Below, piece after piece: positions 49,493 to 59,119 of a stretch of 64,000 nt of DNA. The position numbers and the translations under genes are program-made. The DNA lies in contig JAHLWR010000002.1 in assembly GCA_019057815.1 (NCBI GenBank), forward strand, positions 128,001-192,000, given 5' to 3'. Every line of letters begins with the position of its first letter. Within the stretch, counting starts at the first letter, position 1. The notes beneath the pieces are model-generated. The model was not told the origin of the DNA, made no database searches, and saw only the letters and a program-made list of their open reading frames with translations. Origin of the DNA: Candidatus Heimdallarchaeota archaeon (GTDB taxonomy: Archaea; Asgardarchaeota; Heimdallarchaeia; Heimdallarchaeales; Heimdallarchaeaceae).

Positions 49493-50733
49493 CAGTACTT
49501 GAACATGAACTTCTCTTACCACTTCACCTCCTCTAGAGCGAAGAGCGTGCGACAGTAAAACAAATAACTGTGGTGATAAACCTGATGTTGCTCCAAAGGA
49601 CAGGGAGCAAAACGGTTACAGTTCCACACTGCAAGGGGAATAAGGGTGAGGAGGAGGTAATGGAGTAAGGTATGCAAGATTAGTGCACTCCACAGGAGCT
49701 GGAAACGCACACAAGCGTTATGAGAACATGTTCGGAGGAGGAGAGGACGCATATCGCGGAAAGCATTCTCTATACGGAAGCGACGTTTATACCACTGAAC
49801 GATCCTGTAAGCACTGTAATGTGCGAGAGAAGTAACCCAAGGGTTGGCACCATCTCGACTATAATAGACCACTCCACGTGTTGTAATATGGCGACGACCA
49901 AGGGATTTTCCCGACAGGATACGATGATGGAAAGTATACCCATCTCCCTCCTTGCCTTGTTGTTCTAATGCCAAACAGCTTTTCTTTAGTCCTCCTGCAT
50001 AATAACCTCTAATAATATAGTCCCACCCATAAGTGTGTAAAGTGTTGAGTAGACCAATATGGTAATATTTACCATCACCAAGGAAAACTATCTTTTGTCC
50101 AGTTAGAAACCATTGTTGGAGTTCTTGAACAAGAAGGATAGCTGTCTTTGCTTCTGACTCTTTCATGGGACTCAACGCCACCAACAGTGGTCTTCCAGGA
50201 TGGACAATATAGAGTGTTATAACTCTCGTAAACGTTGTTGTTGACTGCTTTCTTCTCCCCCCACAGATCCAATCCATTTTTTTACCATAATAAGGTTCGT
50301 CATGGGCATCGACAGCTAAGAAAATGGTTTTCTTCCTGTACCTTCTTTGGATGCAGTAGAATTTCTTACTTAAGAACACATTCACTTCTTGTCGTATAGC
50401 TTCTGGCTCTCCCCTTTTTAACCTTCTAATCATCGTTTGACTCGTTGGGGTCTGCATGTATGTCTTTCTTCTTACCCCTTCGTCCTCTAATGAATTCCCA
50501 GGACTAATCATTGCTTGTATAAGGAATTTTTTAATCTCCTCTGAAGTATATTTGTCTTTCTGTTTTTCCTCACTTGCTATTGGCAGTTGTCGAACGATGT
50601 GCTCACTCAAAAGTTTATAAAAGCTTTTACCATATTTTCTATAGAGGTGTGGGTTTGTTTTTGTCATAATTACAAGCCATATACACCTCTATTTTCTCTT
50701 TGTATTACCGACAAAAAAGGTGTTCAAGTACTG
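49493..50733 (-). mobile_element. Complete insertion sequence, ISH3-like (IS4 superfamily), 1241 bp
   Basis: 13-bp TIR CAGTACTTGAACA (49493-49505) and TGTTCAAGTACTG (50721-50733). GTAC direct repeats at 49489-49492 and 50734-50737. Visibly more GC-rich than flanks. Confidence 0.9.
49516..50667 (-). CDS. DDE transposase (ISH3/IS4-like)
   Basis: LAVDAHDEPYYG, LGDGKY and YKRRFRIENAFR (Y-R-E motif). Intact ORF inside the TIRs. Confidence 0.9.
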   Translation of the reverse strand: MTKTNPHLYRKYGKSFYKLLSEHIVRQLPIASEEKQKDKYTSEEIKKFLIQAMISPGNSLEDEGVRRKTYMQTPTSQTMIRRLKRGEPEAIRQEVNVFLSKKFYCIQRRYRKKTIFLAVDAHDEPYYGKKMDWICGGRRKQSTTTFTRVITLYIVHPGRPLLVALSPMKESEAKTAILLVQELQQWFLTGQKIVFLGDGKYYHIGLLNTLHTYGWDYIIRGYYAGGLKKSCLALEQQGKEGDGYTFHHRILSGKSLGRRHITTRGVVYYSRDGANPWVTSLAHYSAYRIVQWYKRRFRIENAFRDMRPLLLRTCSHNACVRFQLLWSALILHTLLHYLLLTLIPLAVWNCNRFAPCPLEQHQVYHHSYLFYCRTLFALEEVKW

Positions 50734-50761
50734 GTACAAAAAATGTGCATTACAATTAGTA

Positions 50762-51151
50762 TTATGACAATAAACGTTCAACTTCTTGTGAAGCACGTGC
50801 CATATCTAAAAAGACTAAACCAAGTTTTGCTTCTTTTCTCGCTGACACAGTAAGTACAGCATTTGCTCCTGCAGAGATAGTAATAATGTAACCATAAGCT
50901 CCTTCTATGAAAATCTTTTCTAGTTCTCCTCGTTGCATTTCTTGAGCTACTCTTTCACCAAGTGACAACATTGCTGCAGTCATAGCTGCAAGACGAGCTT
51001 CTTCAATCTCTTGAGGGAGTACAGAAGCAATGGGGAGGCCTTCAATTGATACAATTGCAGCGCTGTCTATCTCTGGAACTTTTATTTTTAAATCCGCTAG
51101 AGCAGTTTTTAATTCTGTTGTTTTGTCTTCGAATGTTATACCAAAAGCCAT
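50762..51151 (-). CDS. Roadblock/LC7 domain protein
   Basis: IDSAAIVSIEGLPIASVLP..RLAAMTAAMLSLGER..GELEKIFIEGAYGY..KLGLVFLD. Confidence 0.92.
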   Translation of the reverse strand: MAFGITFEDKTTELKTALADLKIKVPEIDSAAIVSIEGLPIASVLPQEIEEARLAAMTAAMLSLGERVAQEMQRGELEKIFIEGAYGYIITISAGANAVLTVSARKEAKLGLVFLDMARASQEVERLLS

Positions 51152-51443
51152 TTTGCACTACCCATTATTATATTGGTCAGAGAGGATTTATAAATTCCGC
51201 TATTTCGTAAGTATTTTCTCTTTCACATTATTAAACCTATTCAGACGGGCAAGAGGAATTCTTTACATAGGTTCTTTTTTCTCTTTATCCTTTACGATAT
51301 GTAATAGAGTTTTCACATTATAAACATAATAACATACATTTAATCTCTATTAGATCAAAAGCAAAATCTAACTTTAGATTTGTTAACCCCGCAATAATTT
51401 ATGTAATGACATGCGTGTTGATTTAAGACGAATGTATAAATAG

Positions 51444-51932
51444 ATGTATACATCTACCTTCTTGAAGTCGATGTCTCAACGGGTCCTAAAAATTTTAAGA
51501 CGACATGAAAAAAGTATAGGATGCGTTTTTACGGGAGATTTAATGACTTCTATAAATCCTTTGAAGATTGAACAACTATTAGATCAGATTCAGCAAATTG
51601 GAAGCATAAGGAAGAATATCATTATTTTTAATCAACAATTATCTTCTGAAACTCATGTCATGTTTATAAGTAAAGGTATATCCCCAATTATTGTTCCTTC
51701 CAATAGTGACATCCATCTTACTTTAGAGGTTTTAGATATATTGAATTCTCAGCAAATGGATGTTATATGTATAGGAATAACTGATGATTCTTTACTTCCT
51801 GTAGTAATTGCAGCTCGAGAGAAAGTTGAGGTAGTATTAGTATGTCCTTCAAAAGAAGAAGCCAAAAATTACACGCCATATATCGATTACCTAATAACTA
51901 TTAAGGATTTATCAGATAATAATAATAAATGA
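51444..51932 (+). CDS. NYN/LabA-like (TIGR00288-like) domain protein, degenerate active site
   Basis: KSIGCVFTG, FNQ, GISPIIVPSNSDIHLTLE, DVICIGITDDSLLPVV aligns by eye with the archaeal NYN family. Confidence 0.62.
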   Translation: MYTSTFLKSMSQRVLKILRRHEKSIGCVFTGDLMTSINPLKIEQLLDQIQQIGSIRKNIIIFNQQLSSETHVMFISKGISPIIVPSNSDIHLTLEVLDILNSQQMDVICIGITDDSLLPVVIAAREKVEVVLVCPSKEEAKNYTPYIDYLITIKDLSDNNNK

Positions 51933-52042
51933 GGACACAAAAAATACCCTTCCAAAAAAAACAATCTTCCAATTGCTTAAAAATAGCAAAGAAAATATTG
52001 ATTAAGAATTGCCAGAACAGCCTAGTTACAAAATACTAGTAA

Positions 52043-52831
52043 TTGACAATGGTGACTTCAATGCACTGGTTAATCCCGAAATTTATCTATAAGATTTATG
52101 AAAAGAAATTAAGATCAGAAATAAAAGAAGGCAATGTTCCAAAACATATAGGTATTATATTAGACGGCAACCGTCGAGCAAGCAGAAAGTTAGGTATAGT
52201 TTACGAATTAGGTTATGAGTTGGGAGCTGAGAAGCTTGAAGCAGTTCTAGATTGGATATGGGATCTTGGTGTGAAAGTTGTTTCATGCTGGATTTTTTCT
52301 ACAGACAATTTTTCCAGAGATAAAAAGCAAGTTGACATAATTATGAATCTTGCAAAAAATAAACTGATTCAAATTAGAGAAGACCCTCGAATTCACAAGA
52401 ACAAGGTGAGCATTAAAGTTTTAGGAAGACTTTCAATGTTGCCAAAAGAGATTCAAGAAGAGATAAAATTAACAGAAAGAGCCACAAAAGAGTATACTAA
52501 TTACAGATTAAATATATGCATGGCTTACGGAGGGAGAGCGGAAATAGTGGATGCTCTGAAAAGAATCATTTATGAATCAAAAGAGGGAAATCTTAGTGAT
52601 GAAGAAATAAATGAGGAGTTAATAACCAAATATCTTTACACAAATGGATTACCCGATCCTGAATTAATTATTCGAACTTCCGGCGAAGAAAGATTATCTG
52701 GTTTTCTGCTTTGGCAATCAGCATATTCTGAATATTATTTTGCTGAGGTTAACTGGCCTTTGTTTAGAAAAATAGACCTTTGGAGAGCCATAAGAACGTA
52801 TCAAAGAAGACAAAGGCGATTTGGTGCGTAG
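52043..52831 (+). CDS. uppS: cis-prenyltransferase (undecaprenyl/dolichyl diphosphate synthase)
   Basis: HIGIILDGNRR, FSTDNFSR, AYGGRAEI, PDPELIIRTSGEERLSGFLLWQ, RRFG. Confidence 0.95.
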   Translation: MTMVTSMHWLIPKFIYKIYEKKLRSEIKEGNVPKHIGIILDGNRRASRKLGIVYELGYELGAEKLEAVLDWIWDLGVKVVSCWIFSTDNFSRDKKQVDIIMNLAKNKLIQIREDPRIHKNKVSIKVLGRLSMLPKEIQEEIKLTERATKEYTNYRLNICMAYGGRAEIVDALKRIIYESKEGNLSDEEINEELITKYLYTNGLPDPELIIRTSGEERLSGFLLWQSAYSEYYFAEVNWPLFRKIDLWRAIRTYQRRQRRFGA

Positions 52832-52843
52832 TTTTGAATTTGT

Positions 52844-53632
52844 TCATTCATAAAAATCATCTTTTTCTCCAAATTCTCTTTCAATTGTACCAACAAGGGT
52901 ATCAATATTAAATCCACTTTGAGAACTGATAGGGAACAAATCACCTGTTACTTTAAACTGATTTAACAAATCAACAATACTTAGACTAAGCTGTTGAGTG
53001 AGAGAAATATTTTGGGTTTGCCTTATGTCAGCAATAAGAGTTGAAGGTTCTTCAATCCACCTTTCAAGTCTCTCCAATTGTTGTTTTTCGATAAGGTCTT
53101 CCTTTGAAATTGCTACTATTTGTGGAAGTGAAAGTTGGAAAGCAATAGAAACACTAAGAAGTAATAGACTTGAGAATCCTTCAGGACGCATTATAAGTGA
53201 AGGATCGATTAGGAATACAGACACAGATTGACTTTCTTCGGCTATAATAGAAGAAACTAGACGACCACTACTTCGATATGCAAAAAGTTCTATCTGCCCT
53301 GGAGTATCAATAAGTAAGTATTCTGGTTTTAGATAGTCGATTTCAGATTTAACCTTGTCAATTTTTGTTGCAATAAGATCCATACTGGCTATCATAGCCC
53401 CATTTGGTCCAAGTTGATATTTTTCAATTAATTCATCAATATCGATGATATCTCTTACATCGATATCTGGATTATACGGTAATCTACGTACTCCTGCATC
53501 TAAGTTTAGAGTCGCAACATCTAGACGTTTATCATCGAACCAGTCATATAAAGTTCTAGTGAGAAATGTTTTACCACTTCCTGCTGTTCCAAGCATAAAA
53601 ATTGTATAATATCTTTGAGCCATTTTTCTCAT
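52844..53632 (-). CDS. GPN-loop GTPase
   Basis: GTAGSGKT, NLDAG, DIDVRD, LGPNGA, DTPGQIELF, SKED. Confidence 0.93.
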   Translation of the reverse strand: MRKMAQRYYTIFMLGTAGSGKTFLTRTLYDWFDDKRLDVATLNLDAGVRRLPYNPDIDVRDIIDIDELIEKYQLGPNGAMIASMDLIATKIDKVKSEIDYLKPEYLLIDTPGQIELFAYRSSGRLVSSIIAEESQSVSVFLIDPSLIMRPEGFSSLLLLSVSIAFQLSLPQIVAISKEDLIEKQQLERLERWIEEPSTLIADIRQTQNISLTQQLSLSIVDLLNQFKVTGDLFPISSQSGFNIDTLVGTIEREFGEKDDFYE

Positions 53633-54420
53633 TCTCGAATATTTTCAATTTCAACTGATTCTATATTACTCACAAACAGTTGTTCTAGCATTTTTCTGGC
53701 TTTATGTATATGCTTTTTAGCTTCATCTCCAAAGCCTGATAAGTGAAATACTATTCCTTTTGATTCTTTATGTACTGGATGAGATTTTATATACAAGAAA
53801 GGAAATTTTCCTTTTATTTGGTTGATAAAAGGAGCAAGTTGACTTTCAAAACAGTTTAGAACACGAAACTTTACCTCGTATAGTTTGTCATACCCTTTTG
53901 AAGACAAGAAAGGGATTATGTGTCTAGTAAATATATCTTTCATTTCGCTTGGAACACCAGGCAAGCAAAAGATATCGATATTTTCATATTGGATTAGACA
54001 TCCAGGTGCGCCTCCAACCTTGTTATCAAGAACTTTTGAGTTTATAGGCATATTAGCCATCTTTCTTCTCTCCTTAGTCAACTCTAAACCTTTTGCTTTA
54101 TAATATTCCCTGACTTGTTCTAAAGCTTCTTGATTTTCATCAATTTCAATATTGGTAGCTTTCGATATTACAGCAAGTTGTATGTCATCATAAGTGGGTC
54201 CTAAACCACCAGAAACTATAACAACATTGGGCTTTCTTTCAAATAATTCAAGAAATAATTCCACTGCTAATTCTAAATCATCTCTAATACATGTAATTCT
54301 TCTTACTTCAAACCCCATTTTAGTTAATTGGTTTCCAATAAATGTTGCATTTGTGTTAACAGTAGCACCAATTAATAGTTCAGTGCCTAAACAGACTATT
54401 TCACAAATTTGGGGAGGCAG
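53629..54420 (-). CDS. CinA-like molybdopterin-binding (MCF) domain protein
   Basis: In-frame extension upstream of the track start gives EIVCLGTELLIGATVNTNA. Also SGGLGPTYDD, GGAPG, LPGVPSEM. Start placed at CTG 54420 behind GGTGA. Confidence 0.88.
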   Translation of the reverse strand: MPPQICEIVCLGTELLIGATVNTNATFIGNQLTKMGFEVRRITCIRDDLELAVELFLELFERKPNVVIVSGGLGPTYDDIQLAVISKATNIEIDENQEALEQVREYYKAKGLELTKERRKMANMPINSKVLDNKVGGAPGCLIQYENIDIFCLPGVPSEMKDIFTRHIIPFLSSKGYDKLYEVKFRVLNCFESQLAPFINQIKGKFPFLYIKSHPVHKESKGIVFHLSGFGDEAKKHIHKARKMLEQLFVSNIESVEIENIRE

Positions 54421-54437
54421 AATATTTCACCTATAAA

Positions 54438-55511
54438 TTACTTTTCTCTATATACGCCCATTTTACTAATATTGATAAGAAGTTCTTTATATTGTACATT
54501 CAATTTAGGGCTAGCTTTTTCTAAGAAATCAATTGACATTTTAAAAAGCTCTTCTGCCTTCTTTTTAGCATAGTCCACAGCTCCTGTTTCTTTCATTATT
54601 AGACACACTTGCTCTATTTCCTCCTGGGTTGCACTACTATTGCCTACAATCTTAGAGAGCATTTTCTTTTGTTCCTCTGTGGAATTCTCTATCGTTTTAA
54701 TTAGTAAAATAGTTTTTTTTCCTTCCTTAATATCGCTATCTACAGGCTTACCTGTTTTCGCAGGATCACCAAAAGTTCCAATAATATCATCAACTATTTG
54801 AAAAGCTATTCCTGCATTCTTTCCATAATTTCCGAGGCTTTCAATTTGAGATTCTGTTCCACCGGCAAATATTGCCCCTATTCGAGCTGATTTCTCGAAC
54901 AAAGCAGCTGTTTTTCTTTTATTCATTTCGATATATTGTTTTTCAGTTACTTCTAACTTGTTTATCATATCTGTTTCTAAAATAACGCCCTTTACGATAC
55001 TCATAAAACCTTCATTGAACTCTTTGTAGGCTTTTAACTTAGTTTCTGCGGAGAATTTGCCTTCTTGAATCGCTTTGTATGCTAGATTATATGCAAAATC
55101 TCCTCCCAATATACCCATGGATAAGCCATAATTCAAAGCATCGGTGTTTTTTGATGGATACATTTTTGTTGCATAATCTTGAAAAGTACAATGAAATGCC
55201 TTTATTCCTCGTCTTGATTCAGCTTTATCCATGATATCGTCATGAATTAAACTAGCATTATGCAAGAGCTCGAGTGAAAGAGAAACACGAAATAGATCTT
55301 TTCCCAAAATTTTTGGATTAACAGCAGCAGCAGAAACAGCCAGTAATACCGGTCGAAACCTCTTTCCTCCAGAGAATAAAAAATTTCTAATTTGTTCATA
55401 GTAGTAAGTGAAAAATTCATTGTCTCTAATCGTTAATGATTGATCATTCATAAAATCTTGAAGCGCAGAATCAATGTTAACCCTTAGATTTTCGAAAGAT
55501 TCTTTCGTCAT
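54438..55511 (-). CDS. trans-polyprenyl diphosphate synthase (IdsA/GGPPS family)
   Basis: GGKRFRP, FARM HNASLIHDDIMD, RRG, KTAALF, AFQIVDDIIG, GKPVDSDIKEGKKT. Confidence 0.92.
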   Translation of the reverse strand: MTKESFENLRVNIDSALQDFMNDQSLTIRDNEFFTYYYEQIRNFLFSGGKRFRPVLLAVSAAAVNPKILGKDLFRVSLSLELLHNASLIHDDIMDKAESRRGIKAFHCTFQDYATKMYPSKNTDALNYGLSMGILGGDFAYNLAYKAIQEGKFSAETKLKAYKEFNEGFMSIVKGVILETDMINKLEVTEKQYIEMNKRKTAALFEKSARIGAIFAGGTESQIESLGNYGKNAGIAFQIVDDIIGTFGDPAKTGKPVDSDIKEGKKTILLIKTIENSTEEQKKMLSKIVGNSSATQEEIEQVCLIMKETGAVDYAKKKAEELFKMSIDFLEKASPKLNVQYKELLINISKMGVYREK

Positions 55512-55625
55512 TGAAAATTACCTCTTGGTTTCATTAGAACGAAAAAAAGCAAGTATTAATCTTTTTGCTTCTTAAGTCAAGTTTACCTAATCATAAGATA
55601 TTAGTAATCCTTTATTAGAGATTAC

Positions 55626-56261
55626 TTGAAGATGATAGATACATCAACATTTCAGACTTTATCAGAAAAGATAGAAAGAAGATTGGTTTCACTTAATGAA
55701 ACCAGAGACAATTTAATGAGATTATCCCGTGATGTTGTGAAGTATTCGGGAAGAAGTATCGAAAGTTTTCATAGAAAACAAATTAATCAAACTGAACAGA
55801 ATTTGGAAAAGGCAGAAAATAATTTAATCGAATTGACTAAAATTCTTGAAACAGAACCTTCTTTTTACCAATTAGGGTTAGTTAACGTGGCTCTACAAGA
55901 GTATACCGAAGCTAAATTGCTCCTTGATATTGTAGAAAAAGGAAAATTTTCTACTGTAGAGGAACTTAAGGTAACAGAACAAACGTATTTACTAGGCATT
56001 GCAGATTTAATAGGTGAGTTACGAAGACATACTTTGGAAAAACTTCTAGAAGGTGAAATAGGGAAAGCAAAATCTGTTTACAATATTATGAAAGAAATTT
56101 ATGGAACATTCATGCAAATTGATTATGGAAAGAATTTAGTTTCTGATTTCAGAAGAAAAAAAGATATAGCTAGAGTGTTAATTGAAAGAACGTTATCAGA
56201 TCTACTAGGGGCAATCCAAAGCGAAAAAATAAGAGTAAATATTAACAAAGACAATATCTAA
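55626..56261 (+). CDS. Translin/TRAX (C3PO-like) RNA-binding/RNase protein
   Basis: RDNLMRLSRDV, QEYTEA, YLLGIADLIGELRR, FRRKKDIAR. Confidence 0.85.
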   Translation: MKMIDTSTFQTLSEKIERRLVSLNETRDNLMRLSRDVVKYSGRSIESFHRKQINQTEQNLEKAENNLIELTKILETEPSFYQLGLVNVALQEYTEAKLLLDIVEKGKFSTVEELKVTEQTYLLGIADLIGELRRHTLEKLLEGEIGKAKSVYNIMKEIYGTFMQIDYGKNLVSDFRRKKDIARVLIERTLSDLLGAIQSEKIRVNINKDNI

Positions 56262-57650
56262 CTACATAATTTGCTCAATTAAAATAATGATGATATCCAT
56301 CAGATTTGTACCAGTGTGACCAGTTAATATTTCTCCTCCTTCTAATCGAAAGAATCGATTAGAATCATGCTGTTCTAAACACCTTAAAGCTTTTTCTCTT
56401 TTCTGCAAGTTGGATAATGTAAATGGACCAACTATTGCTCCAGCAGCAGACGAAGATCCATCAATACCATCAGTACCTAATGCTATCATAAATACTGGAA
56501 CCTCTTTGTTAATAGTAAGAGCAAAAGACAAAGCTAATTCTTGATTTCTCCCTCCTTTACTACTAGATTTTGATTGAAGTGTTACAGTTGTCTCACCACC
56601 GAATAAAAAGACTAGAAACTGTTCAGAACCTTTCTTTCTATTCGAGTATTTTGTGAGTGCAAAATGTGCAAGATTTTCGCCAACTGCAGAAGCTTCCCCT
56701 TGAAGCGCATAATCAACAACTGAGGCGGTAATAGCACTGTCTAAACCGTCTTTAGTTCGCTCTAAAAGTTGTTGATTATCCCCAATCATGAAATTGTGAA
56801 CTCGAGAAAATAAAACTGAATCTGAAGGTGTATCGGGTATTGTCCCATTAATTCCTTTATTTATGACAAAAAGAATAGAATCAGGTAATGTAGGAATTAA
56901 ACCGTATTTCTGGAAAATCTGCCAACAATCATTCCAAGTTGTTTTATCAGGAACAGTTGGACCAGAAGAAATGGTGGAAATATCGTTTCCTATTACATCA
57001 GAAATTATTAAAGAAACTATAGAAGCTCTAGTATTTATACAAAATTTTCCACCCTTAGTTTTTGAGAAATGTTTACGTACTGTATTTATTTCATGTATTG
57101 GAGCACCGCAAGACAACATGGTTTCCATAAGTAAAAGATAATCATTGAAAGGAACGTTAAAATCTGGAAAATCTAGCAATGATGAACCACCTCCAGATAT
57201 CAAGAATATACACAAATCATCTTTTTTCAGTGACCGTAAAAGATTTAACACCTCTTCTGCCGCTTGAAGGCTTTTATTATCAGGTTTAGGATGTCCTGCT
57301 TTGTAAAATGAGCAAAATGACTCATTATTATATTTTCCACTACTCTCTGATGGAGAGGAGATAATAATATTCTTGAATTTTTTAGTGCTATTCTCAGTCA
57401 TCCACGCCGCCATAGGCTGTGATGCTTTGCCAAAAGCGATTAAATAGATTTCATTATATGAAGAAAAACTGAATTCTGTATCCTGAACCTTGAAGCTATT
57501 TTCGCCAAATGAGATAGAAGTTGCTAATAGCTTTGACGGTTGTGCGTTGGAAAGAATTTCATCTATTTTATCAATAAGAAAAAGAAGAATGGACTTTTCA
57601 TTAGCATTACGCGCTAGTGAAAATATAGCATCACGGTTCTTAATGAACAT
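56262..57650 (-). CDS. Glycerate 2-kinase (MOFRL family)
   Basis: AFGKAS, GHPKPD, LISGGGSSL, INTVRKHFSKTKGG, SDVIGND..ISSGPT, GGETTV, GGRNQE, GTDGIDG, TGTNLMD. Confidence 0.92.
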   Translation of the reverse strand: MFIKNRDAIFSLARNANEKSILLFLIDKIDEILSNAQPSKLLATSISFGENSFKVQDTEFSFSSYNEIYLIAFGKASQPMAAWMTENSTKKFKNIIISSPSESSGKYNNESFCSFYKAGHPKPDNKSLQAAEEVLNLLRSLKKDDLCIFLISGGGSSLLDFPDFNVPFNDYLLLMETMLSCGAPIHEINTVRKHFSKTKGGKFCINTRASIVSLIISDVIGNDISTISSGPTVPDKTTWNDCWQIFQKYGLIPTLPDSILFVINKGINGTIPDTPSDSVLFSRVHNFMIGDNQQLLERTKDGLDSAITASVVDYALQGEASAVGENLAHFALTKYSNRKKGSEQFLVFLFGGETTVTLQSKSSSKGGRNQELALSFALTINKEVPVFMIALGTDGIDGSSSAAGAIVGPFTLSNLQKREKALRCLEQHDSNRFFRLEGGEILTGHTGTNLMDIIIILIEQIM

Positions 57651-57718
57651 ATCAATGAGTAATACTTTCTCAGATTTTAAGCTATTGTTTGGATAAGAAT
57701 ATTACAAGTAAAGGAGCT

Positions 57719-58363
57719 TTAGCTATTTTTAAAGTTATAATTTATAATAGTTTGAACAATCTTTGAAGTTGACTTGCCTGGAATGTATTGCTTCATTCTT
57801 ATGATTTTAATATGACCAAAACCTCTTTCAGAAAGCTGTTTGTGAAGACTTTTTTCCTCAAATACTTGATCGTAACCTAGTGTTATAATATCCGGTTGTA
57901 TGAAATCTATGGTTGAGATGAAGTCTTCTTCAGTTCCTACCAAAGCACAATCAACTTCCTTAATATGTTGAACAACTTTAGTTCGTTCATCTTGAGAATT
58001 TGTAGGAGTACGACTTTTTAATTTCTGAACATTCTTATCTGTTGCTAAAACCACAACAAGGATGTCTCCTAAGAGTTTTGCCTGTTGAAAAGTAAAAATG
58101 TGTCCAATATGTAACAAATCAAAAACCCCCGATGTCATCACCACTGTTACTAATTTTCGTCCAAAAGGTGATAAAGAATAAATCTCATTTGAATTAAGCT
58201 TTAAAGTATCTTCTGTGACAAGAGAGGAGAGGACAGGTTTAAGATATGATGGTTTTAATTCTAATTGTCTTGAAATTGTTAGCAAAGAAGATTCAATATT
58301 ATTAATTTTATTAGAAAAAACTAACTTAATGACAGTTTTCTCGATTGATTTATCCATTTTCAT
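57719..58363 (-). CDS. ribL: FAD synthetase (cytidylyltransferase fold) with N-terminal wHTH
   Basis: SGVFDLLHIGH, LVVVLATD, QDER, PDIITLGYDQ, STSKI. Abuts ribK. Confidence 0.85.
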   Translation of the reverse strand: MKMDKSIEKTVIKLVFSNKINNIESSLLTISRQLELKPSYLKPVLSSLVTEDTLKLNSNEIYSLSPFGRKLVTVVMTSGVFDLLHIGHIFTFQQAKLLGDILVVVLATDKNVQKLKSRTPTNSQDERTKVVQHIKEVDCALVGTEEDFISTIDFIQPDIITLGYDQVFEEKSLHKQLSERGFGHIKIIRMKQYIPGKSTSKIVQTIINYNFKNS

Positions 58364-58364
58364 C

Positions 58365-59063
58365 TTACTCTTTGCTTTGTTTCAAAGAATATTCAATTTC
58401 GATTTCATCACCATCTTCAAGGGTTAAAGCTTCTCTTAAATACACATCACTAATTAGTTCAAGAATGTTTTCCCCATAATGTGTACGACGTGGTATGATA
58501 ATCGCTACTTTTGCCTTTAGTTTAGGAAGTTGTGCAGGGTAGCATAGAACATCTCCAAAGCGTCTTTCTTTCTCCTCAAAACCAGGAATAACAACAGGCC
58601 AAGAACCTTTAATCACGTCAAGAAAATCTTCATCTTCAGAACGAATTCTAATATTTAAAGTCCCAGGAAAAGGTCGATAACCAAGTTTAGATTGAAAAGA
58701 ATCCATATAAGGAGGACGCGAGATGTAATAACCTCCCTCTCTCAAACCTGAAAAAATTTTACCTTTAAGAATAATAAAATTATGTTCAGGGTGGAGAGCT
58801 CTTTCTAATTCGTATCTCAACTTGTGAAGTAGTGAAAGACTAAGATTCGTTAAACGAACTTTTGACCCCTTTGGGTCTGAAGCCCAAATGATTAAACCTT
58901 CTTCATGAGCTTGAATAAGGCACCGCGACGCGCTTTGTTGAGAAATACCAAAATACTCAGCTATTTTGGAAGTTGTAAGTTCAACTTCCCGATCTATAGT
59001 ACATCGCTGAGCTAAATAAATCAGAAGACCTATATCACGACTGGAACGCTGAAAGATATTCAT
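58365..59063 (-). CDS. ribK: CTP-dependent riboflavin kinase with N-terminal HTH (RbkR-type)
   Basis: KIAEYFGISQQSASR HTH; SGLREGGYYI, LGYRPFPGTLN, PRRTHY, ELIS..LRE.L.L.DGD. Confidence 0.92.
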   Translation of the reverse strand: MNIFQRSSRDIGLLIYLAQRCTIDREVELTTSKIAEYFGISQQSASRCLIQAHEEGLIIWASDPKGSKVRLTNLSLSLLHKLRYELERALHPEHNFIILKGKIFSGLREGGYYISRPPYMDSFQSKLGYRPFPGTLNIRIRSEDEDFLDVIKGSWPVVIPGFEEKERRFGDVLCYPAQLPKLKAKVAIIIPRRTHYGENILELISDVYLREALTLEDGDEIEIEYSLKQSKE

Positions 59064-59105
59064 TCCAACACCACTACAATAAGATACAATTAAATCAACA
59101 AATAA

Positions 59106-59119
59106 GAGTAGTGTTACTC
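59106..59119. promoter_or_regulatory. Candidate operator palindrome upstream of ribK-ribL
   Basis: GAGTA-N4-TACTC immediately downstream of a minus-strand TTTATTA (59127-59121). Confidence 0.45.

Noticed and set aside
49488-50738. 18-bp TIR reading of the IS ends (TGTACCAGTACTTGAACA)
   Set aside because: The extra bases are explained by a palindromic GTAC target duplication. CAG-starting 13-bp TIRs fit ISH3-like elements better.
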